Source: Candidatus Methylomirabilota bacterium (GTDB lineage Bacteria; Methylomirabilota; Methylomirabilia; Methylomirabilales; 2-02-FULL-66-22). Taken from it: a stretch of DNA of 52,224 nt. Location of the stretch: NCBI GenBank assembly GCA_026387775.1, contig JAPLLC010000092.1:1-52224 (forward strand). Direction: 5' to 3'. The translations under genes and the position numbers were made by a program. This document shows positions 27,060-36,329 of the stretch, in pieces; position 1 is the first letter of the stretch, and the number at the start of each line of letters is the position of its first letter. The notes under the pieces were generated by a model. It had not been told where the DNA came from. It saw only the letters and a program-made list of their open reading frames with translations, and did not search any database.

Positions 27060-28223
27060 TCACTGGCACCGGGCGGCGAGGGCGGCGCGGGCCGCCGAGG
27101 CTTCTCGCAGCCCGGGATATTTCTCCAGGGCTTCGCGGAGAATCCGGCATCCCGAGGCATCCCCCAGGGCCAGGAGGCTCTCCCCCTGGCGATAGAGGGC
27201 CACCGGCGCCCGGCGGTGGTCCGGGTACTGGCTCAGGAACGCGTCGAACGCGGCGGCGGCCTCGGCATGGCGCCGCTCCGCGCGATACCCTTCAGCCAGG
27301 AAGAACTGGGCATCCGGCGCCCGTTTGTCTTTCGGGCGCTGAGCGAGAAAGGTGCGAAAGTGCTCGGTAGCCGCCGGGTAGTTCTGTGCGGCGTACTCCG
27401 TCGCGGCGGCGGAAAAGAGATCGTCCGCGCTTCCGGCGGACACGCCGGCGGCTTCCTTCTCGGCCGCGGGGCCGGCCAGCCTCGCCCGCAGCCCCGATTT
27501 CGCCTTCGCGCCGGGCGGCTCGGGAGTCTGTGACGACCGAAGGGTGGTCGCGGCGGCCGATTCGGACTCCGCCTTCATGGCCTTTTGGATCGGAGCGGCG
27601 GCGGGTGAGCCGGCTTCGTCCCGCACCGGAGGGGTCTCTGGCACGGCAGGCTCCTCTTTCACCGCCGCCGGCGTCTGGCCCCGTTCGGCCGTCAGCGGCG
27701 CGGGGACCGGAGCGGCCGCGGGAGGTTGTGACATCTTCACCGGCGGCGCGGGCGGCGGGGCGATCCGCCGCGCCTCGGCTCGCGGCTCTTCTGCCGTCTT
27801 GTCCGGGAGGGGGGCAGGCGGCGTGACGGGAACAAAGCGCTCCGCCGGAGCCGGCGCGCCGAGGTCTACCGCCTGACGCAGCTCGGGCGAGCGCTGGGAG
27901 ATCCAGACGCCCGCTACTCCCAGCAGGACAAGGGCGGCGGCGTGGAGCGGCAGCTTGAGGCGGAGGGGGAAGACGATCGCCTCAACGGCCCGTCGCCACC
28001 ACGTGGGCCCCTCGATCCGCTCGACGACCCGCGCAGCGAATCCGGGCGACGGCTCTTCGTCCCGGAGGTCGCCCAGTGCCTGCATCGCCTTTCGAAAGGC
28101 CGCCCACTCCAGACGGCAGGCGCGACAGCCGTCCAGATGCTGGCTCAGGGCGGTGAGGGGCGGACCCGACAGCGTGCCGTCATAGAGATCGGTGAAGGCC
28201 TCGCGGGCCTCGTCGCAGGTCAT
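27060..28223 (-). CDS. Zinc-finger (zf-HC2) anti-sigma factor with TM helix, Pro/Ala linker and C-terminal CpoB/YbgF-like TPR domain
   Basis: MTC...HLDGCRAC (HxxxCxxC), TM segment AAALVLLGVAGVWI, TPRs F..FL..YP....AP.A.Y..G. ATG overlaps the sigma stop. Confidence 0.82.
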   Translation of the reverse strand: MTCDEAREAFTDLYDGTLSGPPLTALSQHLDGCRACRLEWAAFRKAMQALGDLRDEEPSPGFAARVVERIEGPTWWRRAVEAIVFPLRLKLPLHAAALVLLGVAGVWISQRSPELRQAVDLGAPAPAERFVPVTPPAPLPDKTAEEPRAEARRIAPPPAPPVKMSQPPAAAPVPAPLTAERGQTPAAVKEEPAVPETPPVRDEAGSPAAAPIQKAMKAESESAAATTLRSSQTPEPPGAKAKSGLRARLAGPAAEKEAAGVSAGSADDLFSAAATEYAAQNYPAATEHFRTFLAQRPKDKRAPDAQFFLAEGYRAERRHAEAAAAFDAFLSQYPDHRRAPVALYRQGESLLALGDASGCRILREALEKYPGLREASAARAALAARCQ

Positions 28224-28891
28224 GTCTGGCTCCCCTCCATCAGGTGGGGTCTGAGTCGCGCCTTCAGATCCGTCCGGGCGCGGTGCAGTCGCGATCGGAC
28301 CGTCCCCAGCCCGATCCTCAGGGTCTCCGCAATCTCGTCGTACGACAGCCCCTGGACGTCCCGGAGGATGAGAACCAGCCGATGCTCCTCCGAGAGACGA
28401 GCCAGCTCGCTCTGAATCGTCTGTCTGAGGTCGCGACGCTCCGCGATGGCATCCGGCCCCGGCCCTCCATCCGGGATGCGGTCCAGGACCGACGGGGCAT
28501 CCCCCCCGCGATCGCCGACCGGACCCGGGTCCCACGCCTCCCGCCGCAGGCGCGCAGCCGAGCTGGCGAGATAGTTGAGGCAGTGATGGCTGGCAATGGC
28601 ATACAGCCAGGTGGAAAAGCGCGAGGCGCCCCGAAATCCCCGCAGACCCCGATAGGCTTTGAGGAAGACCTCTTGCGCGATGTCCTCGGCCTCCTGACGG
28701 TCACCCACCATGCGGAGGGCCAGCGTGAACACCCAGCGCTCGTAGCGGCGGACCAGCGCCTCGAAGGCCGCGATGTCCCCCGCCTGAACTCGCTCCACGA
28801 GCCTCCGATCGTCGCCCGCCTCGGCGGACGGCCCAGGATCGGCACGTGCCCGCTCCCTATTTAGACGCCCGCTGTCTTCAAAGGTTCCCAT
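28220..28891 (-). CDS. ECF-subfamily RNA polymerase sigma-70 factor (RpoE-like)
   Basis: AFEALVRRY, AEDIAQEVFLKAY, FSTWLY and GLSYDEIAETL..GTVRSRLHRAR motifs. True start uncertain. Confidence 0.93.
   Translation of the reverse strand: MGTFEDSGRLNRERARADPGPSAEAGDDRRLVERVQAGDIAAFEALVRRYERWVFTLALRMVGDRQEAEDIAQEVFLKAYRGLRGFRGASRFSTWLYAIASHHCLNYLASSAARLRREAWDPGPVGDRGGDAPSVLDRIPDGGPGPDAIAERRDLRQTIQSELARLSEEHRLVLILRDVQGLSYDEIAETLRIGLGTVRSRLHRARTDLKARLRPHLMEGSQT
28861..28888 (-). promoter_or_regulatory. ECF sigma-type (autoregulatory) promoter
   Basis: GGAACC-N16-GTCTAA on the minus strand at the 5' end of the sigma gene. Confidence 0.65.
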
Positions 28892-29032
28892 TGGGGGCGA
28901 ATGATACCACCACTCCGGCCTCTTCCGGCCAGCGAATTCGCGAACCCGTCGGCCCGGTCCCCGTCGGACCGCGGGTCCCGGACTATTTGCTTGCATGCCC
29001 CGCTCCCGTCTGCTAGTGTTCATTCGGTCATT

Positions 29033-29050
29033 TTCGACCAACTGGTCGAA
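29033..29050. promoter_or_regulatory. Candidate TetR operator
   Basis: TTCGACCA-AC-TGGTCGAA perfect inverted repeat, just downstream of TTGCAT-N17-TAGTGT (28991-29019) and upstream of tetR. Confidence 0.65.
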
Positions 29051-29079
29051 TGCGACCAGAAAGACGGGAGACACGGCTC

Positions 29080-29739
29080 ATGGCGCAGGCAGCCGCCAAA
29101 CAGACGCGCACCAATCGCCGCCGGGCTCAGAGCTTCGAGAGCTTGGTCCAGGCGGGGCTGACGGTCATCGGACAGCGTGGCCTCTACGAAACCACGGTCG
29201 AGCACATCACCGAGGCGGCCGATGTCGGCAAGGGGACGTTCTACGCCCACTTCGCCTCCAAAGAGGAGCTGGTGTTCCACCTCGTGCGCCATGGCTTCGA
29301 CGAGTTGATTGCCACGCGGGCGGCAGAGCCCCCGATCAGCGGCGCGCGCGCGCCGGCCGCCCACCTGGCGGCCCTCATCCAGGGGCAGCTCCGAGCGCTG
29401 GGCCGACGCCGGGATCTGATCCTCCTCCTCCACCAGGTCCGCGGCCTCCTGATCTTGCAGCCCGAAGCCCGTCAGCGCCTCCGTCAAGAGTATCGCCGCT
29501 ACGTGCAATTTCTGATGGAAGAATGTCAGCGCGCGCTGGGGAGCCCCCCTCTCGGCCAGGCCCAGGTGCGAGATCTGGCCTGCGCCATCGCGGGCTTCGT
29601 GGCGGGGGCGCTCACGTTCGAGATCCTGGTCCGGGAGAGCCGGGGGGCGGTGCCCGCCCTCGCGCGTCCCGTGAATGCCTTTGCCGCGGGGATCGCCTCG
29701 CACTATCTCCCGCCGCCGTCTCGCGCGACCGGGACTTGA
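29080..29739 (+). CDS. TetR/AcrR family transcriptional regulator
   Basis: GLYETTVEHITEAADVGKGTFYAHFASKEEL HTH motif. Confidence 0.93.
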   Translation: MAQAAAKQTRTNRRRAQSFESLVQAGLTVIGQRGLYETTVEHITEAADVGKGTFYAHFASKEELVFHLVRHGFDELIATRAAEPPISGARAPAAHLAALIQGQLRALGRRRDLILLLHQVRGLLILQPEARQRLRQEYRRYVQFLMEECQRALGSPPLGQAQVRDLACAIAGFVAGALTFEILVRESRGAVPALARPVNAFAAGIASHYLPPPSRATGT

Positions 29740-29844
29740 GGCCAGGGAGGGGCTCGTACCTTCCAAGGAGGGGACCGAACAGGAAACGCGAATCGCCCGG
29801 GCCGGGGCGCCGGTCCGCCAGATTTGGTCGCGGTACGTTTTTTC

Positions 29845-29873
29845 TTGAATTGAGGAACCTTTGCACCTATTCT
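29845..29873 (+). promoter_or_regulatory. Sigma70 promoter for pal
   Basis: TTGAAT-N17-TATTCT. Confidence 0.5.
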
Positions 29874-29960
29874 TACAACCGGTTTGTTTCGTCAGCGATT
29901 TTCGGCAATTTGTAAGCACCCAGGATCAATGTCACCTTCGGTAGCGAAAGGAGGAGTCTG

Positions 29961-30545
29961 ATGCGATTTCGGTCAAGTGTGCGTATTCTCTTCACGGTTG
30001 GACTTCTGGTCGGATCTCTCGCCCTCTTCGGCTGTCCCAAGCGGCCCGAGGTCGGCCAGGCGCCCCCCAGCGCCCCCGGGCCGGGGGCGGTGGTAGCGCC
30101 CGCGGCACCTAGCCCGACGACGGCGCCTCCGGAGGTCCGCGTGCAGCCGCCGGCCGCCACGGCGGTGGTACCGGAGGCTCCCAAGGCCCCGGAGACAGTG
30201 GTCGCGGTGTCTCCCCTCAAGGATGCCTTCTTCGATTTCGACAAGTCCGCCCTGCGGGAGGATCAGAAGGCCGCCCTCAACGAGGACGTGGCCTGGCTGA
30301 AGGGGAATGCCGGGGCGAAGGTCCTGATCGAGGGCCACTGCGACGAGCGGGGCACCGCCGAGTATAACCTGGGCCTGGGCGAGCGCCGGGCCAAGGCGGT
30401 GAAGGATTACCTCATCGCGGCGGGCGTGGCGGCCGATCGGATCTCGATCATCAGCTACGGCAAGGAGCGCCCCTTCGTCCTCGGCCACGACGAGAGCGCG
30501 TGGAAGTGGAATCGCCGGGGGCACTTCGTCCTCCAGGGGAAGTAG
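29961..30545 (+). CDS. pal: Peptidoglycan-associated lipoprotein
   Basis: Lipobox LFGC, FFDFDKS, IEGHCDERGTAEYNLGLGERRA, SYGKERP and NRR motifs. AGGAGG RBS. Confidence 0.95.
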   Translation: MRFRSSVRILFTVGLLVGSLALFGCPKRPEVGQAPPSAPGPGAVVAPAAPSPTTAPPEVRVQPPAATAVVPEAPKAPETVVAVSPLKDAFFDFDKSALREDQKAALNEDVAWLKGNAGAKVLIEGHCDERGTAEYNLGLGERRAKAVKDYLIAAGVAADRISIISYGKERPFVLGHDESAWKWNRRGHFVLQGK

Positions 30546-30573
30546 GCAACGCTTTTCGGACCCCAGTCGACTC

Positions 30574-30613
30574 ACGCCGCCTGCCCTTTCATCCGGGGCA
30601 GGCGGCGTTTTTT
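30574..30613 (+). terminator. Rho-independent terminator after pal
   Basis: ACGCCGCCTGCCC-loop-GGGCAGGCGGCGT followed by a T run. Confidence 0.85.
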
Positions 30614-30689
30614 CGTTCCACGGAACGGCCGTTCGCCGGCGATTCACACCTCGCACCCGCCAGCTGATTCGTGGCCGTCTGAAGACGAT

Positions 30690-31087
30690 TCGCGGTCCGC
30701 TGGATCCCTCCAAGTCTGGATCGAGAATGACCGCGTAGAGATCCGGCCCGCCGACCGGGTGGGGGGAAGGGGCTTTTCGAGACGGACGAGCGCCTGCTCG
30801 CCGAGACGCACAGGAACGCGGTCGTGGCCGGCATCGGCCCGGCGGGGGAGAAGCTGTCCCGCATGGCCTGCGTGATATTCGAAGGGCGCTACGCCCGCTC
30901 CGCCGGCCGCACCGGCATGGGCGCCGTGATGGGCTCCAAGAACCTGAAGGCGGTGCTGGTCCGAGGCACCGGCGGCGTCGCCGTGGCCGACTGGACGGGA
31001 TTGATGAAGCGGGCCGCCGCTTACGGGGACGTGGAATGGCTGGACTACTGCACCGGAAGGGCTAGGCGATTTCCTCCATGGAGATGA
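30690..31087 (+). pseudogene. Fragment of a W/Mo aldehyde:ferredoxin oxidoreductase N-terminal domain
   Basis: [11 protein letters not shown], a frameshift in the G run near 30760, then GKGLFET...IGPAGE...[16 protein letters not shown]. No intact start and no C-terminal domains. Confidence 0.8.
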
Positions 31088-31286
31088 CCTGGCATTTGTT
31101 GATAGCCAGGAAGCCTTGGCGGCTCGAGTCCTCCCCTTCGGCGGAAGCCTCGGTCAGGGCGAAGAAATCTCCCTTCATGTTCAGGGCGTCCAACGTTCGG
31201 ATGTTCTTGGGCTTGCTCATCTTCCCGACCAGCACGCCCGCCAGTGTGACCACTCTGACCTTGACCGAGGTCTCGTCAATCGGCAT
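31062..31286 (-). CDS. Small hypothetical protein (74 aa, probably beta-rich)
   Basis: GGAGG RBS before ATG 31286; reads [14 protein letters not shown]...RTLDALN...FLAINK. Confidence 0.7.
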   Translation of the reverse strand: MPIDETSVKVRVVTLAGVLVGKMSKPKNIRTLDALNMKGDFFALTEASAEGEDSSRQGFLAINKCQVISMEEIA

Positions 31287-31406
31287 CGTGTCCTCCCTGA
31301 GGTCGTCAAGCGCCCGCCAACACTCTGGTTTCAGACATCCCATACCACCGCGCCAGGAATCTGTCAACCCCTTTAGCGCGGCGAGGCCGCTTGCAGTGAG
31401 GTCGCT

Positions 31407-32408
31407 GTGGGCGACGTGACGGTCGTGACCGGCGGAACGGGCTTCGTCGGCGCGGCGGTTGTTCGCCACTTGGTGGCGGGCGGCCATCACGTGCGCGTGC
31501 TGGTGCGTCCGCGAAGCGACCGACGCCTGCTTGGTGACCTCCCCATCGAGATCGCGGACGGGGACATCACCGAGCCTATCTCCCTCCGACGCTGTCTCAG
31601 GGACTGCCGGCGTCTTTTCCACGTCGCGGCCCTCTACAGTCTGTGGGCCAGGGATCGCCGCCAGTTCTACGAGGTCAATGTCGAGGGAACCCGTCGCGTC
31701 CTGGCCGCGGCGGCCGAAGCGGGCGTCTCCCGCGTAGTGTACACGAGCACGGTGGGCGCCCTGGGGATCCCGTCGGACGGCAGTCCCGGCACCGAAGAGA
31801 CACCGGTGAGCCTCGCCGATATGGCGGGGGATTATAAGCGATCCAAGTTCCTGGCGGAGGAAGTGGCTCGCGAGTCCGCGCGTCAGGGTCTGCCGGTGGT
31901 CATCGTCAATCCCAGCACGCCGATCGGCCCCGGCGATATCAAACCCACGCCCACCGGACAGATGGTCGTGGACTTCCTGCGGGGCAAGATGTGGGCGTAC
32001 CTGGATACCGGGCTGAACTTGGTGGATGTGGACGACGTGGCCGCCGGGCACCTTCTGGCGGCCGAGCGGGGCATCGTGGGAGAGCGGTACATCCTCGGCG
32101 GGCGAAACCTGACCCTGCGCGAAATCTTCGAGGCCCTGGGCCGGATCGCAGGCATACGACCGCCCCGCATCAAGGTATCTGCCGGGCTGATCCTGCCCAT
32201 CGCATGGCTGTCCGAACGGATCGCCGACCACCTCACGGGCCGGCCTCCCGCGGTCCCGATGGACGCGGTCCGCATGGCGCGGAAGCGGATGTTCTTCGAC
32301 GGCGGGAAGGCCGTGCGGCAACTGGGCATGCCCCAATCTCCGGTGGAGGACGCCCTCGCCCGAGCCGTGCGCTGGTTCCAGGCCAACGGCTACGCCCCCG
32401 CGCCCTGA
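31407..32408 (+). CDS. hpnA: Hopanoid-associated sugar epimerase (extended SDR)
   Basis: TGGTGFVG, FHVAA, YKRSK, NPSTPIGPGDIKPTPTG and DTGLN motifs, in shc context. Confidence 0.88.
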   Translation: MGDVTVVTGGTGFVGAAVVRHLVAGGHHVRVLVRPRSDRRLLGDLPIEIADGDITEPISLRRCLRDCRRLFHVAALYSLWARDRRQFYEVNVEGTRRVLAAAAEAGVSRVVYTSTVGALGIPSDGSPGTEETPVSLADMAGDYKRSKFLAEEVARESARQGLPVVIVNPSTPIGPGDIKPTPTGQMVVDFLRGKMWAYLDTGLNLVDVDDVAAGHLLAAERGIVGERYILGGRNLTLREIFEALGRIAGIRPPRIKVSAGLILPIAWLSERIADHLTGRPPAVPMDAVRMARKRMFFDGGKAVRQLGMPQSPVEDALARAVRWFQANGYAPAP

Positions 32409-32437
32409 CCGCCGCAGCCGACGATTGAACGGTTCTG

Positions 32438-33253
32438 ATGGATATGCGTACCTTGCCGCGATTACTGCTTGGCAGCCTGTTGTTACGGCCATATGTTTAT
32501 GCGTTCCTTGTTCTACACTTGGCTGGGGCGAGCGCGCTTCTGGGGTGGTCGAGGACTCTCGCGTTCACCCTCATCACCTGGGGCGTCGCCTTCCTGGCCG
32601 AGGCCAGTTCGATAAGGACAGGATTCCCGTTTGGGTGGTATTATTACATCCCGACGACTGCAGACAGGGAGCTGTGGATCGCGGGGGTGCCGTTCTTCGA
32701 CTCCCTGTCGTTTCCGTTTCTCCTGGTCTCCAGCTATGGGCTGGCGTGGCTGCTCCTCTCCGAGAAGGCCGCTCGGGGCCCCGAAGCGGGCGAAGGGGGA
32801 TGGCCGCGGCCGGCGCGGCTCATGCACCTCGCCGTGGCGACGTTTCTGTTCGTGCTGGCTGACGTCGTGATCGATCCGGTGGCCCTGCGGGGCGACCGCT
32901 GGTTCTTGGGACAGATCTACGGCTACCCTGAACCGGGCGTGTATTTCGGCGTGCCCCTGGCGAATTTTCTTGGCTGGGGCGTGGTCGGTGCCGTCGCGAC
33001 TGCCCTGTACCACGCCTGGGAGGGGCGGCAGCCACCGCTCCGGGCGGTCGGATTCCAAGGGTGCGCGCTGCTGTGTCCGGGTCTGTACTTCATCGTCCTG
33101 GCCTTCAACCTGACGGTGACCTTTGTTCTCGGGGAGTGGTGGTTGGGTGTGTGCGGCCTGATGCTGTCGCTCTTGGTGGTCGCCTGGATGGTCCGGGCCC
33201 GGACAGGGCCGGGAGCCGTGCTGGCGAGGCCGCAAGGGGAGGGGGTTTCCTGA
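32438..33253 (+). CDS. CruF-like carotenoid biosynthesis membrane protein (DUF422 type)
   Basis: Multiple TM helices, E..S..TGFPFG.Y.Y, GVP, D..IDP and YFGVPLANFLGW motifs. Confidence 0.8.
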   Translation: MDMRTLPRLLLGSLLLRPYVYAFLVLHLAGASALLGWSRTLAFTLITWGVAFLAEASSIRTGFPFGWYYYIPTTADRELWIAGVPFFDSLSFPFLLVSSYGLAWLLLSEKAARGPEAGEGGWPRPARLMHLAVATFLFVLADVVIDPVALRGDRWFLGQIYGYPEPGVYFGVPLANFLGWGVVGAVATALYHAWEGRQPPLRAVGFQGCALLCPGLYFIVLAFNLTVTFVLGEWWLGVCGLMLSLLVVAWMVRARTGPGAVLARPQGEGVS

Positions 33254-34254
33254 TGAGGTTTCCTTGGCAATTGCAGTGGACGCTGACCAAATATATCGTG
33301 GGCAATGCCCTGCGCGGAAAGAAGCGCTACCCGCTCGTCTTGATGCTCGAACCGACCCACCTGTGCAATCTTGCCTGCGAGGGGTGCGGGAAGATCCGGG
33401 AGTTCGAGAGCACCATCCGGGACATGCTGTCGGTCGAGACCTGTCTCAAGGCCGTGGAGGATTGCGGCGCCCCGATCGTCTCCATCTGCGGCGGGGAGCC
33501 GACCATCTATCCCCACCTAGGCGAGCTGGTGGACGAGCTGCTCAAGCGCAAGAAGTTCCTCTACATCTGCACCAACGCGATCAAACTGGAGAAGTTCCTT
33601 CGCCAGTGGAAGCCCAGCCCGTACCTGACGATCAACATCTCCATGGACGGCCTGGAGCCCACCCACGACCTGATCCGATCCCGCAAGGGGCTGTACCAGA
33701 TCGACATCCGTATGATCAAGCTGGCCAAGTCTCTTGGCTTTCGGGTGGTTACCAACACGACCATCTACAAGGAGACCAAGCTTGAGGAGATCGAGCAGCT
33801 CTTCTCCGAGTTGGCCGGGATCGGTGTGGACGGCTTTCTGGTGACCCCCGGCTACGAGTACACGATCCTCAAGGGGCGCGATATCTTCCTGGAGAAGCAG
33901 CAGACGCACGAGAAGTTTGAGCACATCTGGGAGATGTCCAAGCGGTACCGCATCCTCAGTACCCCCATGTATCTCCGCTTTCTCAAAGGCGAGCGGGATC
34001 TCAAGTGCTCTCCCTGGGGAGGGCCGAACTACAATCCCCAGGGCTGGAAGGGGCCCTGTTATCTGATCACGGACGCCCACTACAAGACCTACGACGAGTT
34101 GATGGCCCGGACCGACTGGGAAACATTCGAGAACAAGCGCGATCCGCGCTGCGCGAACTGCATGATGCATAGCGGCTTCGAACACACCGTGGTCCGTGAG
34201 ATAGGCAAGAGCTGGAAGGACCTGTGGGAGATGCTGCGCTGGAACCTCGCCTGA
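33253..34254 (+). CDS. hpnH: Adenosyl-hopene transferase, radical SAM enzyme
   Basis: PLVLMLEP..CNLACEGCGKI (CxxxCxxC), GGEP, CSPWG, PCYLI and RCANCMMHSGFE motifs. ATG overlaps the upstream TGA. Confidence 0.92.
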   Translation: MRFPWQLQWTLTKYIVGNALRGKKRYPLVLMLEPTHLCNLACEGCGKIREFESTIRDMLSVETCLKAVEDCGAPIVSICGGEPTIYPHLGELVDELLKRKKFLYICTNAIKLEKFLRQWKPSPYLTINISMDGLEPTHDLIRSRKGLYQIDIRMIKLAKSLGFRVVTNTTIYKETKLEEIEQLFSELAGIGVDGFLVTPGYEYTILKGRDIFLEKQQTHEKFEHIWEMSKRYRILSTPMYLRFLKGERDLKCSPWGGPNYNPQGWKGPCYLITDAHYKTYDELMARTDWETFENKRDPRCANCMMHSGFEHTVVREIGKSWKDLWEMLRWNLA

Positions 34255-34267
34255 CCCCGGAGACATC

Positions 34268-36259
34268 ATGACCCCTCGATCCCTGCGTGCCCCTCGCCCC
34301 CAGGACACCCTGCAGGCGGCGGCGCTTGATCAAGCCCTCCAGCGCGGCGTGGAGGCACTACTCTCCCGGCAGGATCCGGCCGGCTTCTGGGTCCACGAGC
34401 TGGAGGCGGACGCCACCATCACCTCGGAACACCTCCTACTCCGGCGCTGGCTGGGAATGGCCGACGAGGCCCGGGAGGCCAAGGCGATCCGGCACCTGCT
34501 CTCCCTCCAGCTCCCCGATGGCGGCTGGCCTATCTACGCCCATGGGCCGGCCAACATCAGCGCCACCGTCAAGGCCTACTTCGCCCTCAAGATGGCCGGC
34601 ATCCCGGCGACCCATCCGGCGCTCGTCCGGGCGTGTCGCCGGGTGCAGGATCTGGGCGGGATCACCCAGGTCAACATCTTCACCCGGATCCTCCTCGCCA
34701 TGTTCGGCGAGCTCGACTGGAAAGGCGTGCCCTGCATGCCCGTCGAGATCATGCTCTTGCCCCGCTGGTTCTATTTTAACCTGTACGAGATCTCCTACTG
34801 GTCCCGGACGGTCCTGGTCCCGCTCCTGATCATCTTCGCCCACCGCCCGGTGCGGCCTGTCCCGGAGCATGCGCGGCTCGACGAGCTCTATCTGGTTCCC
34901 CGGGAGGAGGCGGACATCTCCTTCCCGCGGGACCCCGAGTTCTTCACCTGGCGGAACTTCTTCCTGGTGGTGGATCGCTGCTTGCGCATCCACGACCGCC
35001 TCGTCCGCCAGCCGTTCCGACAGCGGGCGATCCGCACCGCGGAACGCTGGATGCTGGAGCGGATGCAGGGGGAAGGCGGCCTGGGGGGTATCTTCCCCGC
35101 CATGTCGAACGCCGTGGTCGCCCTGACCTGTCTCGGGTATTCGATCGATTCGCCGGAAGTCCGACGGGGACTGGCCTCCATCGAGGCGCTCACCATCGAA
35201 ACGCCCGAGACTTTCCGCGTCCAGCCCTGCCTCTCTCCCATCTGGGACACCGCCCTCACCATCAGTGCGCTGATCGATGCGGGCCTCGCGCCCGACCATC
35301 CCGCCCTCGTGCAGGCCGGCCTCTGGCTGCTCGACCGGCAGACCCGATGCCCGGGGGACTGGCGGCTGAAGGCGCCGGGAGTCCCGCCGGGCGGATGGGC
35401 CTTCCAGTTCGAGAACGAGTATTACCCCGACGTGGACGACTCGGCCGTCGTCCTGATGTCCCTGCGAAAGATCCGCATGCCCGACGAAGAGGCCAAGACG
35501 CGGGCCGTCGCCCGGGGCCTCAACTGGATCCTGGCCCTGCAGGGGAGCGACGGCGGATGGGGGGCCTACGACAAGGACAACAACCGGCTGATCTTCAACA
35601 AGATTCCCTTTGCCGACCACGGCGCCCTGATGGATCCCAGCACCGAGGATTTGGCCGGCCGCGTCCTGGAGGCGCTAGGGTACCTGGGGTTCCGAACGGA
35701 CGAGCCGGCGGCGGCGCGGGCTACCGCACTCATCAAAGCCCGACAGCAGCCGGACGGGTCGTGGTACGGGCGCTGGGGAGTGAACTACCTCTACGGCACA
35801 TGGTCCGTCCTGGCCGGGCTCCGCTCCATCGGCGAGGACATGAGCCAGCCGTACATCCGCAAAGCCGTCGCCTGGCTCTTCAGCCGCCAGAATCCGGATG
35901 GGGGCGGGGGCGAGTCCTGCTTCTCCTACGACGACTCCCGGACCGCTGGGATGGGCAAGTCCACGGCGTCTCAGACCGCCTGGGCGCTCCTGGCGTTGCT
36001 CCATGCCGGCGAGGCCGCCCACCCCGCCGTCACCCGCGGCATACAGTTTCTGCAGTCCACCCAGAACGCGGATGGCTTCTGGGACGAAGCCGTGTTCACG
36101 GGGACCGGCTTCCCGCGGGTGTTCTACCTGCGGTACCACGGCTACTGCGCGTTCTTTCCGATCTGGGCGCTGGCCCTCTATCGTCGCTCGCTCGCCGAGA
36201 CCGGCGGCGGCCACCGGTCGCCCGTGGTCCCGCTCCGGCCCTCGGGGACACCCCGGTGA
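34268..36259 (+). CDS. shc: Squalene-hopene cyclase
   Basis: YYPDVDDSA (DxDD) motif, several QW repeats, WDTAL, GRWGVNY and GTGFPRVFYLRY motifs. Confidence 0.96.
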   Translation: MTPRSLRAPRPQDTLQAAALDQALQRGVEALLSRQDPAGFWVHELEADATITSEHLLLRRWLGMADEAREAKAIRHLLSLQLPDGGWPIYAHGPANISATVKAYFALKMAGIPATHPALVRACRRVQDLGGITQVNIFTRILLAMFGELDWKGVPCMPVEIMLLPRWFYFNLYEISYWSRTVLVPLLIIFAHRPVRPVPEHARLDELYLVPREEADISFPRDPEFFTWRNFFLVVDRCLRIHDRLVRQPFRQRAIRTAERWMLERMQGEGGLGGIFPAMSNAVVALTCLGYSIDSPEVRRGLASIEALTIETPETFRVQPCLSPIWDTALTISALIDAGLAPDHPALVQAGLWLLDRQTRCPGDWRLKAPGVPPGGWAFQFENEYYPDVDDSAVVLMSLRKIRMPDEEAKTRAVARGLNWILALQGSDGGWGAYDKDNNRLIFNKIPFADHGALMDPSTEDLAGRVLEALGYLGFRTDEPAAARATALIKARQQPDGSWYGRWGVNYLYGTWSVLAGLRSIGEDMSQPYIRKAVAWLFSRQNPDGGGGESCFSYDDSRTAGMGKSTASQTAWALLALLHAGEAAHPAVTRGIQFLQSTQNADGFWDEAVFTGTGFPRVFYLRYHGYCAFFPIWALALYRRSLAETGGGHRSPVVPLRPSGTPR

Positions 36260-36329
36260 ACACCCCCGACCCGCCGGCGCGCTCCTGTGTAAGCTGCCCG
36301 CGTTTCTCGCGAGCAGCCTCAATCTACCC

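Noticed and set aside
29854-29885. GGAACC upstream of pal as a third ECF promoter
   Set aside because: No GTCT-type -10 at 16-17 nt spacing. A sigma70 promoter fits better.
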